A stretch of DNA of 11,461 bases. Origin: a virus. The DNA is taken from UHGV virus genome UHGV-1556960. One strand, given 5' to 3'. This document shows, piece by piece, positions 1 to 6,756 of this stretch (within the stretch, counting starts at the first letter, position 1; every line of letters begins with the position of its first letter). A program made the position numbers and the translations under genes. The notes under the pieces are model-generated. The model did no database searches. It was not told where the DNA came from and worked only from the letters and a program-made list of their open reading frames with translations.

Positions 1-41
1 GAAGCCACTGGAGCACCTCAAAAACACCATCATACACTAAA

Positions 42-638
42 TCAGTAAGTTGGCAACATCACCTTCTTGATGATGTTTATATATGACGCTATCAGCGATG
101 AGTCATCACGACTATCCACTTCACAAGCCATTGCCCTGATGTAGTCGGCGCTGGCAACGTTGTTGTATTCCGTCGCAAAGCAACATAGTAACGTCAGAAC
201 ATGCTCTGTCGTTATTTCGCTCCAGTTGATGTTGAAAAATTCATCGCCTTTTTTATCGTGTTCGGAATCGAAGATGCTTTGGTGGAGGATGTATTTGCCG
301 GATTCCTTGCGCGGTAACTTGATTGCTTTCTGGCGTTCTAGCTCCTTATAAATCTGCATTGCCTCAATTAGTACCGGCCTGCCGTTCATGAAGGGATCGC
401 GCAACCTTACACGCTGGCCAACTCGACCAGTAATAAAGCTGTTTTCCTCTTCCACCAGCACGATAAAACCCTTTTCCTCTTTTTCTCGCAATTCGCGCAG
501 CAGCTGGAGTTCCATATCGCGGCGGCGTTCAGGGTAGCTGGTCCGCTCAGCCATTATCAGCTCGTTATTGATCCATGCCGCAGTCATTGACGCCGGTTTG
601 CCGACGCTCATCGAAACAACGCATATTTTCTTATCCAT
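42..638 (-). CDS. mat: Mat-position protein (P1 maturation control gene location); start at the ATG at 636-638 preferred over the longer track ORF
   Basis: Minus-strand ORF directly downstream of ref, as in P1 gene order cre-cra-hxr-ref-mat. ATG at 636-638 is preceded by an AGGGGG Shine-Dalgarno. The track ORF 42..785 starts at a GTG and would read through a terminator-like hairpin. Identity inferred from position, not from recognised sequence. Confidence 0.55.
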   Translation of the reverse strand: MDKKICVVSMSVGKPASMTAAWINNELIMAERTSYPERRRDMELQLLRELREKEEKGFIVLVEEENSFITGRVGQRVRLRDPFMNGRPVLIEAMQIYKELERQKAIKLPRKESGKYILHQSIFDSEHDKKGDEFFNINWSEITTEHVLTLLCCFATEYNNVASADYIRAMACEVDSRDDSSLIASYINIIKKVMLPTY

Positions 639-650
639 AGCGCCCCCTAC

Positions 651-676
651 AAAAAAGAAAAGCCACCAGCGGCGGC
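651..676 (-). terminator. Intrinsic terminator-like hairpin plus U-run downstream of ref, immediately before the mat start
   Basis: Minus-strand RNA reads GCCGCC-GCU-GGUGGC (one G-U pair) followed by UUUUCUUUUUU; mat SD and ATG follow within about 12 nt. Confidence 0.45.
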
Positions 677-827
677 TTAGCAATACAACTGAAGGTAGCG
701 CCCGGTACTCAGACTGTGCCGTCCATGGAATATTTGAAAAGGGATCCATCCGTACCGGGCATGTGATGATTCTGACTGAAGTCACTTGTCAGTTGTCAAT
801 CATTTATCATTAAAAATAATATATTTA

Positions 828-1388
828 TTAGTGCATGATGTTTGCCATCTCATAGGCGTCAGCCAGTAACTCCATCTCTGACTTGTTCAGCAGGGTGAAT
901 TCTTTCTTGCCTCCAACCACACCATCGGCATGAACAGGGACCAGCCAGGGGTATTTTGCTCTAACTTCAGCCGGTGCTGCATGCTGGTGGTGCCATCTAC
1001 AAAGTGGCAATTGCTTTTTATGACAACCCGGCGCGGTACGACCGGCGATATGGTGCAGAGACACCTCATTAGATATTACTCCATGCATATAGCAGGCAAT
1101 GCAGGGGAGAGTGCCAAGAGCATTGGCGATGCGCCGTTCCTCCGCCGTTGGTGTTCTCCCCTTCAAGCCACGAGATTTTATTTTTACCGCGCTTTTCCGC
1201 GTTTTGCTGGCTGGTGGGCGCTCTTTCTGTTTAGCGATACGGCGGTCGATAGTATCCCGCATTTTCTGATATTGAGATTCTCGCCAGACCGGATCAGCCA
1301 ACTTCTCCCGTTGCCGAGCGATCGCTCGTTCTCTGGCTGCCTTCTGCCACTTGCGGCACTGTTCAATTTTTTGTTCGATTGTTTTCAT
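828..1388 (-). CDS. ref: Ref, RecA-dependent HNH-type nuclease (recombination enhancement function), 186 aa
   Basis: 186-aa ORF at the position ref occupies in P1, with an HNH-like Cys/His cluster (CIACYMHG...HHIAG...CHKK...CRWHHQH) in the C-terminal half. Length matches my recollection of P1 Ref. No obvious SD upstream of the ATG. Confidence 0.85.
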   Translation of the reverse strand: MKTIEQKIEQCRKWQKAARERAIARQREKLADPVWRESQYQKMRDTIDRRIAKQKERPPASKTRKSAVKIKSRGLKGRTPTAEERRIANALGTLPCIACYMHGVISNEVSLHHIAGRTAPGCHKKQLPLCRWHHQHAAPAEVRAKYPWLVPVHADGVVGGKKEFTLLNKSEMELLADAYEMANIMH

Positions 1389-1394
1389 ATGGTC

Positions 1395-1420
1395 AAAAAA
1401 AAGGCGGCCTAATGGCCGCC
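1395..1420 (-). terminator. Strong intrinsic terminator in the ref leader, ending 6 nt before the ref ATG
   Basis: Minus-strand RNA GGCGGCC-AUUA-GGCCGCC (7-bp GC stem) followed by U8, then GACCAU and the ref AUG. Confidence 0.6.
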
Positions 1421-1476
1421 TATGATGTCAAGGAGTGAAGTAATGGCAACGTCTTCGTAGTTGACAAAAACTGCGG

Positions 1477-1510
1477 CTCAATTATAGCAACCAATTAGAG
1501 CAATTAAAGT
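1477..1510 (-). promoter_or_regulatory. Candidate ref promoter with overlapping C1 operator-like sites (Op2a/Op2b position)
   Basis: Minus-strand reads ...ACTTTAATTGCTCTAATTGGTTGCTATAATTGAG. ATTGCTCTAAT matches the C1 operator core; a consensus TATAAT -10 lies at plus coordinates 1481-1486 with a second partial operator (TTGCTATAAT) overlapping it. Confidence 0.5.
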
Positions 1511-1610
1511 TGTTTATTTATCGCGAATCACATTTTTTCACTTCAGTACCTGTGTGCTATACTCCTTCTTGATTGATTGGATGCGGAATACAAACCCGCT
1601 CTTTTGTGCA

Positions 1611-1640
1611 GCCTGGCTCCTTGCCAGGCTTTTTTTTATT
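1611..1640 (+). terminator. Plus-strand intrinsic terminator-like hairpin (antisense to the cre operon), abutting the stop of the 103-aa ORF
   Basis: GCCTGGC-TCCTT-GCCAGGC followed by T8 on the plus strand. A smaller hairpin (GCGG-N9-CCGC then TCTTTTGT) sits just upstream at about 1583-1606. Confidence 0.4.
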
Positions 1641-1947
1641 TCATCATGGAAGCTGTTAACGCTTTGGACCTTGCTGAACTGATTGAGAGGGCTTTGTCAA
1701 CGTGCCCCAAAAATTCGCCAAACTCAGACATCACTTTAGCAAAACCGCGCCGTGCTTCTTCCTCGGTGGCATTCATCACGAAATGTTCAGCACCACGCAT
1801 ACTTTTGACAGGGAACGCAACGGATATTGAATCAATATCAGGCATTCTATCGCTCAGCTTTACAGTGACAATGACGGCTGGCGACTGAATATTAGTGCTT
1901 ACAGACAGCACTACATATTTTCCGTCGATGTTGAAATCCTTTCTCAT
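1636..1947 (-). CDS. Hypothetical 103-aa protein downstream of cre (position of P1 hxr); function not recognisable from sequence
   Basis: Minus-strand ORF with a GGTGA SD 3 nt before the ATG and a C1 operator-like site directly upstream. No helix-turn-helix motif is obvious to me, so the hxr assignment is positional only. Confidence 0.5.
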   Translation of the reverse strand: MRKDFNIDGKYVVLSVSTNIQSPAVIVTVKLSDRMPDIDSISVAFPVKSMRGAEHFVMNATEEEARRGFAKVMSEFGEFLGHVDKALSISSARSKALTASMMK

Positions 1948-1963
1948 ATGTCACCATAAATAT

Positions 1964-1980
1964 CAAAGAATTAGAGCAAT
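1964..1980 (-). promoter_or_regulatory. C1 operator-like site between the cre stop and the 103-aa ORF
   Basis: Minus-strand ATTGCTCTAATTCTTTG matches the 11-nt operator core exactly (13/17 against ATTGCTCTAATAAATTT). Confidence 0.45.
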
Positions 1981-1997
1981 CATTTACGCGTTAATGG

Positions 1998-3029
1998 CTA
2001 ATCGCCATCTTCCAGCAGGCGCACCATTGCCCCTGTTTCACTATCCAGGTTACGGATATAGTTCATGACAATATTTACGTTGGTCCAGCCACCAGCTTGC
2101 ATGATCTCCGGTATTGAAACTCCGGCACGGGCCATATCTCGCGCGGCTCCGACACGGGCACTGTGTCCAGACCAGGCCAGGTACCTCTGGCCAGAGTCAT
2201 CCTTAGCCCCGTAAATCAATCGGTGAGTTGCTTCAAAAATCCCTTCCAGGGCGCGAGTTGATAGCTGGCTGGTGGGTGATGGCGAGGCAACACCATTTTT
2301 TCTGACCCGGCAAAACAAGTAGTTATTCGGATCATCAGCCACACCAGAGACAGAAATCCATCGCTCGACCAGTTTAGTTACCCCTAGGCTAAGTGCCTTC
2401 TCTACACCTGCGGTGCTAACCAGCGTTTTCGTTCTGCCAATATGGATTAACATTCTCCCACCGTCAGTACGTGAGATATCTTTAACCCTGATCCTGGCAA
2501 TTTCGGCTATACGTAACAGGGTGTTATAAGCAATCCCCAGAAATGCCAGATTACGTATATCCTGGCAGCGATCGCTATTTTCCATGAGTGAACGAACCTG
2601 GTCGAAATCAGTGCGTTCGAACGCTAGTGCCTGTTTTGCACGTTCACCGGCATCAACGTTTTCTTTTCGGATCCGCCGCATAACCAGTGAAACAGCATTG
2701 CTGTCACTTGGTCGCGGCAGCCCGGACCGACGATGAAGCATGTTTAGCTGGCCCAAATGTTGCTGGATAGTTTTTACTGCCAGACCGCGCGCCTGAAGAT
2801 ATAGAAGATAATCGCGAACATCTTCAGGTTCTGCGGGAAACCATTTCCGGTTATTCAACTTGCACCATGCCGCCCATGACCGGCAAACGGACAGAAGCAT
2901 TTTCCAGGTATGCTCAGAAAACGCCTGGCGATCCCTGAACATGTCCATCAGGTTCTTGCGAACCTCATCACTCGTTGCATCGACCGGCAATGCAGGCAAA
3001 TTTTGGTGTACGGTCAGTAAATTGGACAT
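1998..3029 (-). CDS. cre: Cre tyrosine site-specific recombinase, 343 aa
   Basis: Translation matches the Cre sequence I know essentially end to end (MSNLLTVHQNLPALPVDATSDEVRKNLMDMFRDRQAF ... MVRLLEDGD). Catalytic residues R173, K201, H289, R292, W315 and Y324 are at their expected positions. loxP lies about 420 bp upstream. Confidence 0.97.
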   Translation of the reverse strand: MSNLLTVHQNLPALPVDATSDEVRKNLMDMFRDRQAFSEHTWKMLLSVCRSWAAWCKLNNRKWFPAEPEDVRDYLLYLQARGLAVKTIQQHLGQLNMLHRRSGLPRPSDSNAVSLVMRRIRKENVDAGERAKQALAFERTDFDQVRSLMENSDRCQDIRNLAFLGIAYNTLLRIAEIARIRVKDISRTDGGRMLIHIGRTKTLVSTAGVEKALSLGVTKLVERWISVSGVADDPNNYLFCRVRKNGVASPSPTSQLSTRALEGIFEATHRLIYGAKDDSGQRYLAWSGHSARVGAARDMARAGVSIPEIMQAGGWTNVNIVMNYIRNLDSETGAMVRLLEDGD

Positions 3030-3036
3030 TTGACAC

Positions 3037-3258
3037 TCAGATAATGGTTTTAAGTAAAGTGTACAGGATCGGCTCTGCCTTTACCTGTTTATGGTTCTCG
3101 TCATAGAAACGCCAACGACCGCGACTGCGTTCTATCTTTTCTTCACCGCGCGATAATGACAGTTGACAACTATCACGATCAAACCCTTTTGCCCGCCAGT
3201 AACCACGATTTTTCTCAAGCTCAAGATGAGTGGACACTTTAGCAGCTGAATATCCCAT
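3037..3258 (-). CDS. cra: Small 73-aa ORF between loxP and cre, 7 nt upstream of the cre start (cra position)
   Basis: Minus-strand 73-aa ORF (MGYSAAKVSTHLELEKNRGYWRAKGF...) ending 7 nt before the cre ATG. Assigned from its position relative to loxP and cre. Confidence 0.55.
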   Translation of the reverse strand: MGYSAAKVSTHLELEKNRGYWRAKGFDRDSCQLSLSRGEEKIERSRGRWRFYDENHKQVKAEPILYTLLKTII

Positions 3259-3354
3259 TTTTCACCTCTGATTGATTGGTGGAGCTAAGTGCGCTACGCG
3301 AAATCTGGAGCACTAACACTGCCAACATTTCGCAGATTTTACGTAGCGCAACCT

Positions 3355-3429
3355 TGATCAAATGATCAAGTGATCACTATTTGACCCGACAAGGTATTGA
3401 ACTGTATGGATTTACAGGTAAATTGATCA
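3355..3429. promoter_or_regulatory. cre/cra upstream regulatory region with four TGATCA hexamers (each carrying a Dam GATC site)
   Basis: TGATCA at 3355-3360, 3363-3368, 3371-3376 (8-bp register) and 3424-3429. The P1 cre promoter region is known to be Dam-methylation sensitive. Confidence 0.5.
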
Positions 3430-3447
3430 TGTTCAATAACCCTTAAG

Positions 3448-3481
3448 ATAACTTCGTATAATGTATGCTATACGAAGTTAT
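3448..3481 (-). other. loxP: loxP recombination site (34 bp: two 13-bp inverted arms and an 8-bp spacer)
   Basis: Exact ATAACTTCGTATA-ATGTATGC-TATACGAAGTTAT. The spacer is the reverse complement of the canonical GCATACAT, so the site (and the window) is inverted relative to the conventional P1 orientation. Confidence 0.98.
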
Positions 3482-3524
3482 CAGGTCCGAAGAGGAGTTT
3501 ACGTCCAGCTGCGCACAAAAATCA

Positions 3525-3541
3525 AGAATTATTAGAGCAAT
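3525..3541 (-). promoter_or_regulatory. C1 operator (Op99-type, distal, reverse orientation)
   Basis: Plus strand AGAATTATTAGAGCAAT is 15/17 against the reverse complement of ATTGCTCTAATAAATTT. Confidence 0.6.
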
Positions 3542-3601
3542 AAATTTTGAAAGAAAAATCCCACTCCACCAGCTAAAAACTGGATTGTTTTTCATAGTTG
3601 T

Positions 3602-3630
3602 TTGACAATTGCTCTAATAAATTATAGTTT
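3602..3630 (+). promoter_or_regulatory. Promoter with embedded C1 operator upstream of coi-c1
   Basis: TTGACA (3602-3607) is followed directly by ATTGCTCTAATAAATTA (3608-3624, 16/17 to consensus), with a TATAGT/ATAGTT -10-like element overlapping the operator's 3' end. Confidence 0.6.
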
Positions 3631-3862
3631 TGCCGCCGTTACGTAATACGACTTTGGATTCACTATTTAATGTGTCTTCAGCGTTGTAGAGCGGCTCAGA
3701 AGGAAATGAGCAAACAGGGAAACCTTATATAACGGCATTACAGCTATGCATTGCTCATCTTACACACAGCGCAATGTTGTTAGATTACCCCAGCATGGAT
3801 CATGGGTGAAACAGTAGGTCAGAGCTTCAGGCTCTGTGTTGTCAATACAGTGAGGCATAATT

Positions 3863-4072
3863 ATGGCTTTCATTCAACCAACCATCGACGACGTTAGACA
3901 TTGCTCTAACGCTTTATCTGTAGACCCTGCCGAAACCGACGCTGCCCGCGCCATTGCTGAACACTACTCAAAGATATCCAATCAGGAGTACCGCATCACC
4001 CAAGACGACCTGGATGACCTCACTGACACAATCGAATATCTCATGGCAACTAACCAGTTAGACTCACAATAA
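3863..4072 (+). CDS. coi: Coi, C1 inactivator, 69 aa
   Basis: 69-aa ORF immediately upstream of c1 on the same strand, with a GTGAGG SD. Size and position match P1 coi. Confidence 0.85.
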   Translation: MAFIQPTIDDVRHCSNALSVDPAETDAARAIAEHYSKISNQEYRITQDDLDDLTDTIEYLMATNQLDSQ

Positions 4073-4115
4073 ATGCACTAATAAATCTATTATTTTTGTT
4101 TGATCCCTCTATAAT
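4072..4115 (+). promoter_or_regulatory. c1-proximal C1 operator variant plus TATAAT -10 (autoregulatory promoter region)
   Basis: AAATGCACTAATAAATCT (4072-4088; 14/17 to consensus, GCAC core variant) overlaps the coi stop codon. A consensus TATAAT lies at 4110-4115, and GGAGGAGG precedes the c1 ATG. Confidence 0.5.
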
Positions 4116-4182
4116 ATAGGTCAGTAATGACCGGTTTTCTCAGCCGGGCGTTATTGACCATGTCAATTCTGGAGGAGGATCA

Positions 4183-5034
4183 ATGATAAATTATGTCTAC
4201 GGCGAACAACTGTACCAGGAGTTCGTCAGCTTCAGGGATCTCTTTCTAAAAAAAGCTGTTGCACGCGCCCAACACGTTGATACAGCCAGCGACGGTCGTC
4301 CTGTACGCCCGGTTGTCGTTCTACCGTTCAAAGAAACTGACAGCATTCAGGCTGAAATTGATAAATGGACTTTAATGGCGCGGGAACTGGAACAGTACCC
4401 AGACCTCAATATCCCAAAGACTATTTTATATCCAGTGCCTAACATCCTTCGCGGTGTGCGTAAGGTTACAACTTATCAGACAGAAGCTGTGAACAGCGTC
4501 AACATGACCGCTGGCCGCATTATTCATCTGATTGATAAGGACATTCGCATCCAAAAAAGCGCGGGGATCAATGAGCACAGTGCGAAATACATAGAGAACC
4601 TGGAAGCAACAAAAGAGCTAATGAAGCAGTACCCGGAGGATGAAAAATTCCGTATGCGCGTACACGGCTTTAGCGAAACAATGCTGCGCGTCCACTACAT
4701 TTCCAGTAGCCCTAACTACAATGATGGTAAATCAGTTAGTTACCATGTGCCACTGTGTGGCGTGTTTATCTGCGATGAAACTCTCCGTGATGGAATTATC
4801 ATCAACGGTGAATTCGAAAAAGCAAAATTTAGCCTTTATGACTCCATAGAACCGATCATCTGCGACCGCTGGCCGCAAGCAAAAATATATCGCCTGGCAG
4901 ATATTGAAAATGTAAAAAAACAAATTGCCATCACTCGCGAAGAGAAAAAGGTTAAGTCAGCCGCATCAGTTACGCGCAGCCGTAAAACCAAGAAGGGGCA
5001 GCCAGTAAACGACAACCCCGAAAGCGCGCAATAA
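4183..5034 (+). CDS. c1: C1 repressor of lysis (primary immunity repressor), 283 aa
   Basis: 283-aa ORF downstream of coi; size and N-terminus (MINYVYGEQLYQEF...) match P1 C1 as I recall it. Its cognate operator 17-mers are scattered through the window. Confidence 0.93.
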   Translation: MINYVYGEQLYQEFVSFRDLFLKKAVARAQHVDTASDGRPVRPVVVLPFKETDSIQAEIDKWTLMARELEQYPDLNIPKTILYPVPNILRGVRKVTTYQTEAVNSVNMTAGRIIHLIDKDIRIQKSAGINEHSAKYIENLEATKELMKQYPEDEKFRMRVHGFSETMLRVHYISSSPNYNDGKSVSYHVPLCGVFICDETLRDGIIINGEFEKAKFSLYDSIEPIICDRWPQAKIYRLADIENVKKQIAITREEKKVKSAASVTRSRKTKKGQPVNDNPESAQ

Positions 5035-5039
5035 ATTAT

Positions 5040-5057
5040 GCCCGGCATCAACCGGGC
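5040..5057. terminator. Hairpin between the convergent c1 and ant genes (candidate bidirectional terminator)
   Basis: GCCCGG-CATCAA-CCGGGC, flanked by A/T-rich sequence on both sides, between the c1 stop (5034) and the ant stop (5067). Confidence 0.45.
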
Positions 5058-5066
5058 ATTCTTCCA

Positions 5067-6182
5067 TTATTCAGCCGCCACCGGTTTTAACAAGCCAGCA
5101 TCGAGCAGTTTACGCGTCAACCACTGTTGGCCTTTCCCCGTTAATTGGGGCGTCAGCCGTATCTGGTAGCCCTCTTCATCATCCAGCACCACTTCTTTCA
5201 CTGTGAAATATCCGGCGTTTATGTACTGCTGGAACGGCACATTTTTACGTCCACCGGACGCAATCAGAATGCCGTTCTCCCGTAACCAGGCAAACAGCGC
5301 ATTTTGTTTAAGTCCAACGACCTTTGCAAAATTCCCAATCAGGATCCCCTTAGCCACTGATACCCGGTCGGCAAAATCGACTTTGGGGGCTGCGGCCACC
5401 AGCTGCTGATTTAGCTGATGGGCTTTCTGTTCCAGAAGTTGCTTTTGTTCAGCCAGTTCGGCAGCAAGGCGCAGAGCTTCTGGAAGCGTCTGGGGGATTG
5501 CGATCGGTTGCTGTTCTTTTTGTCGGAAGTAGCTGTCTTCCAGTTTTTCAAAGAATGCCCATGCCTGATCGGTTTCGATCATTTTAGCGTGGCGGGCTGC
5601 GCCGCGTTCCGTCCAGAGGATGAGTGAGCGGGCTTTAGGAGAGATAGGATTTTGTGAGTTACTTAAAGTCACCCGCAAATTGTTCAAATCATCTCCAATA
5701 ACTTTATAGAAATGCTTGCCTTCACAAAAACGTTCAGCATTACGGGAAAAGTTCTTCTTGATGTTATCCGCATCTGTCCCATACCCCTTAGCAAGGATCT
5801 TAGTTGTCACTACACGCACTCCCAGCCATTCCAGAACGGGAATTTCATCAGACTGATTCTGAACAACCACCAGCTCCGATTCCTGAACTGAAGGTGCATG
5901 AGTTTTTTCTGATTTAACGTTAGTTGCTTTCATTCTGTGTGCCTCCTTGCGTGTTTCGGCTGCGACGGTTGCGTAATTCAGATGCCCCTGTTCGAGCAGG
6001 TATTCGCGGATATCAGACAACAGAATGCGGTGAACAGCGTTCTTGTCCTTTCTCCGGTAAAGTTGTTTGGTGATCATGAAGTAGTTGGCAATAACGCCCG
6101 GTATATCCCTGGTACTGATACAGGATGTGTGCTGTTCAATTGCCTCAATCATTTCTTCACGGGTGACTAATGACGTTCTCAT
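5067..6182 (-). CDS. ant1: Antirepressor (Ant1/Ant2-type), 371 aa, with an in-frame internal start giving a nested 288-aa product
   Basis: The C-terminal region (...FADRVSVAKGILIGNFAKVVGLKQNALFAWLRENGILIASGGRKNVPFQQYINAGYF...) looks like a phage antirepressor KilAC/ANT domain, and the middle resembles a Bro-N/ORF6N-type domain. The start overlaps the icd stop (ATGA), with AGGAGGG in the icd 3' end. An in-frame ATG at 5931-5933 is preceded by AAGGAGG; the two products would be about 41 and 32 kDa, as described for P1 Ant1/Ant2. Confidence 0.8.
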   Translation of the reverse strand: MRTSLVTREEMIEAIEQHTSCISTRDIPGVIANYFMITKQLYRRKDKNAVHRILLSDIREYLLEQGHLNYATVAAETRKEAHRMKATNVKSEKTHAPSVQESELVVVQNQSDEIPVLEWLGVRVVTTKILAKGYGTDADNIKKNFSRNAERFCEGKHFYKVIGDDLNNLRVTLSNSQNPISPKARSLILWTERGAARHAKMIETDQAWAFFEKLEDSYFRQKEQQPIAIPQTLPEALRLAAELAEQKQLLEQKAHQLNQQLVAAAPKVDFADRVSVAKGILIGNFAKVVGLKQNALFAWLRENGILIASGGRKNVPFQQYINAGYFTVKEVVLDDEEGYQIRLTPQLTGKGQQWLTRKLLDAGLLKPVAAE

Positions 6183-6400
6183 AGTCCCTCCTGAGCAGAA
6201 GCGTTAACAGGGAGGCACCAGTAACTGAGAGAGTTGCGCGAATCAGTGGAAAAGCGGGCAGAGAAAATGCAGGGAGCGTCAGGAAGCTGAGAACGGGCCT
6301 CATCTTCTGTCGGTGCAATAACGAAGTGATAGTGACGTTTCTGGCAGGAATAGAAGCGCCAAATGAATTCAGGATGAGTTGGGGTAGGGACAGTAGCCAT
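6179..6400 (-). CDS. icd: Icd-like small protein (cell division inhibitor family), 73 aa, translationally coupled to ant
   Basis: 73-aa ORF with an AGGAGG SD 8 nt upstream; its stop overlaps the ant start by 4 nt. Architecture matches the P1 immI icd-ant pair. Confidence 0.65.
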   Translation of the reverse strand: MATVPTPTHPEFIWRFYSCQKRHYHFVIAPTEDEARSQLPDAPCIFSARFSTDSRNSLSYWCLPVNASAQEGL

Positions 6401-6430
6401 AATGGCAGCCTCCTTTGACTAAGTTAAGGA

Positions 6431-6720
6431 GCTACCGCGTGAGGTCTCAATCTCAATGGCGGTAGCACTGACTGGGTTGAGACTACCGGCGTCAAAGGGA
6501 ACCGGCCTGCCTTTCGGCAGCCCAGCCAGCACTACCATTGATTTCGGAGCTAAACGCTACGTATGGCTGTGCGATGGCATGACACAAAAAAAGACGCTTT
6601 CGGCGTCTGTGTCGCCTTTGACATTATCCGGGGTCTCAATCCCGGCACCCGTTTTACTGAGGTGCCTGATAAGCATAAACCGAAAATGCCTCAAGGCGCA
6701 AGAGGTCAGGCTCAATGTAA
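6431..6720 (-). ncRNA. Leader/small-RNA region of the icd-ant operon with c4-like antisense features; exact RNA ends not determinable
   Basis: On the minus-strand transcript: a hairpin with UUGAGAC in its loop (plus 6628-6645), an intrinsic terminator (plus 6585-6608), the complementary GUCUCAA (plus 6477-6483), and an 8-bp-stem hairpin with AUUGAGAUUGAGACC in its loop (plus 6431-6466) about 30 nt before the icd SD. Confidence 0.4.
6585..6608 (-). terminator. Intrinsic terminator inside the icd-ant leader
   Basis: Minus-strand RNA AGACGC-CGAAA-GCGUCU followed by U7. Confidence 0.55.
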
Positions 6721-6739
6721 CATCGGTAGTTAAAAAACA

Positions 6740-6756
6740 CAATTTATTAGAGCAAA
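6740..6756 (-). promoter_or_regulatory. C1 operator at the head of the icd-ant operon (Op51-like function), just after the pacB stop
   Basis: Plus strand CAATTTATTAGAGCAAA is 15/17 against the reverse complement of the operator consensus. Confidence 0.6.

Noticed and set aside
42-785. Longer 247-aa version of mat starting at the GTG at 783-785
   Set aside because: The extension would read through a terminator hairpin and U-run and lacks an SD, whereas the ATG at 636-638 has an AGGGGG SD directly after the terminator.
1577-1888. Plus-strand 103-aa ORF overlapping the minus-strand 103-aa ORF
   Set aside because: No convincing SD, low-complexity translation, and it runs antisense through a region with a better-supported minus-strand ORF that has its own operator and SD. 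The plus-strand signal here is more likely a short non-coding transcript.
5203-6170. Plus-strand ORFs antisense to ant (5203..5409, 5418..5627, 5937..6170)
   Set aside because: Embedded antisense in the antirepressor gene, with no start-site signals.
5067-6400. Reading the icd-ant pair as a foreign cargo insertion (for example a defence island) rather than phage immunity genes
   Set aside because: The module is headed by a C1 operator of the same family as the rest of the window, has the icd-ant coupling and nested starts typical of immI, and shows no flanking direct repeats, integrase or transposase. It looks like native phage regulatory cargo, though its placement is unusual.
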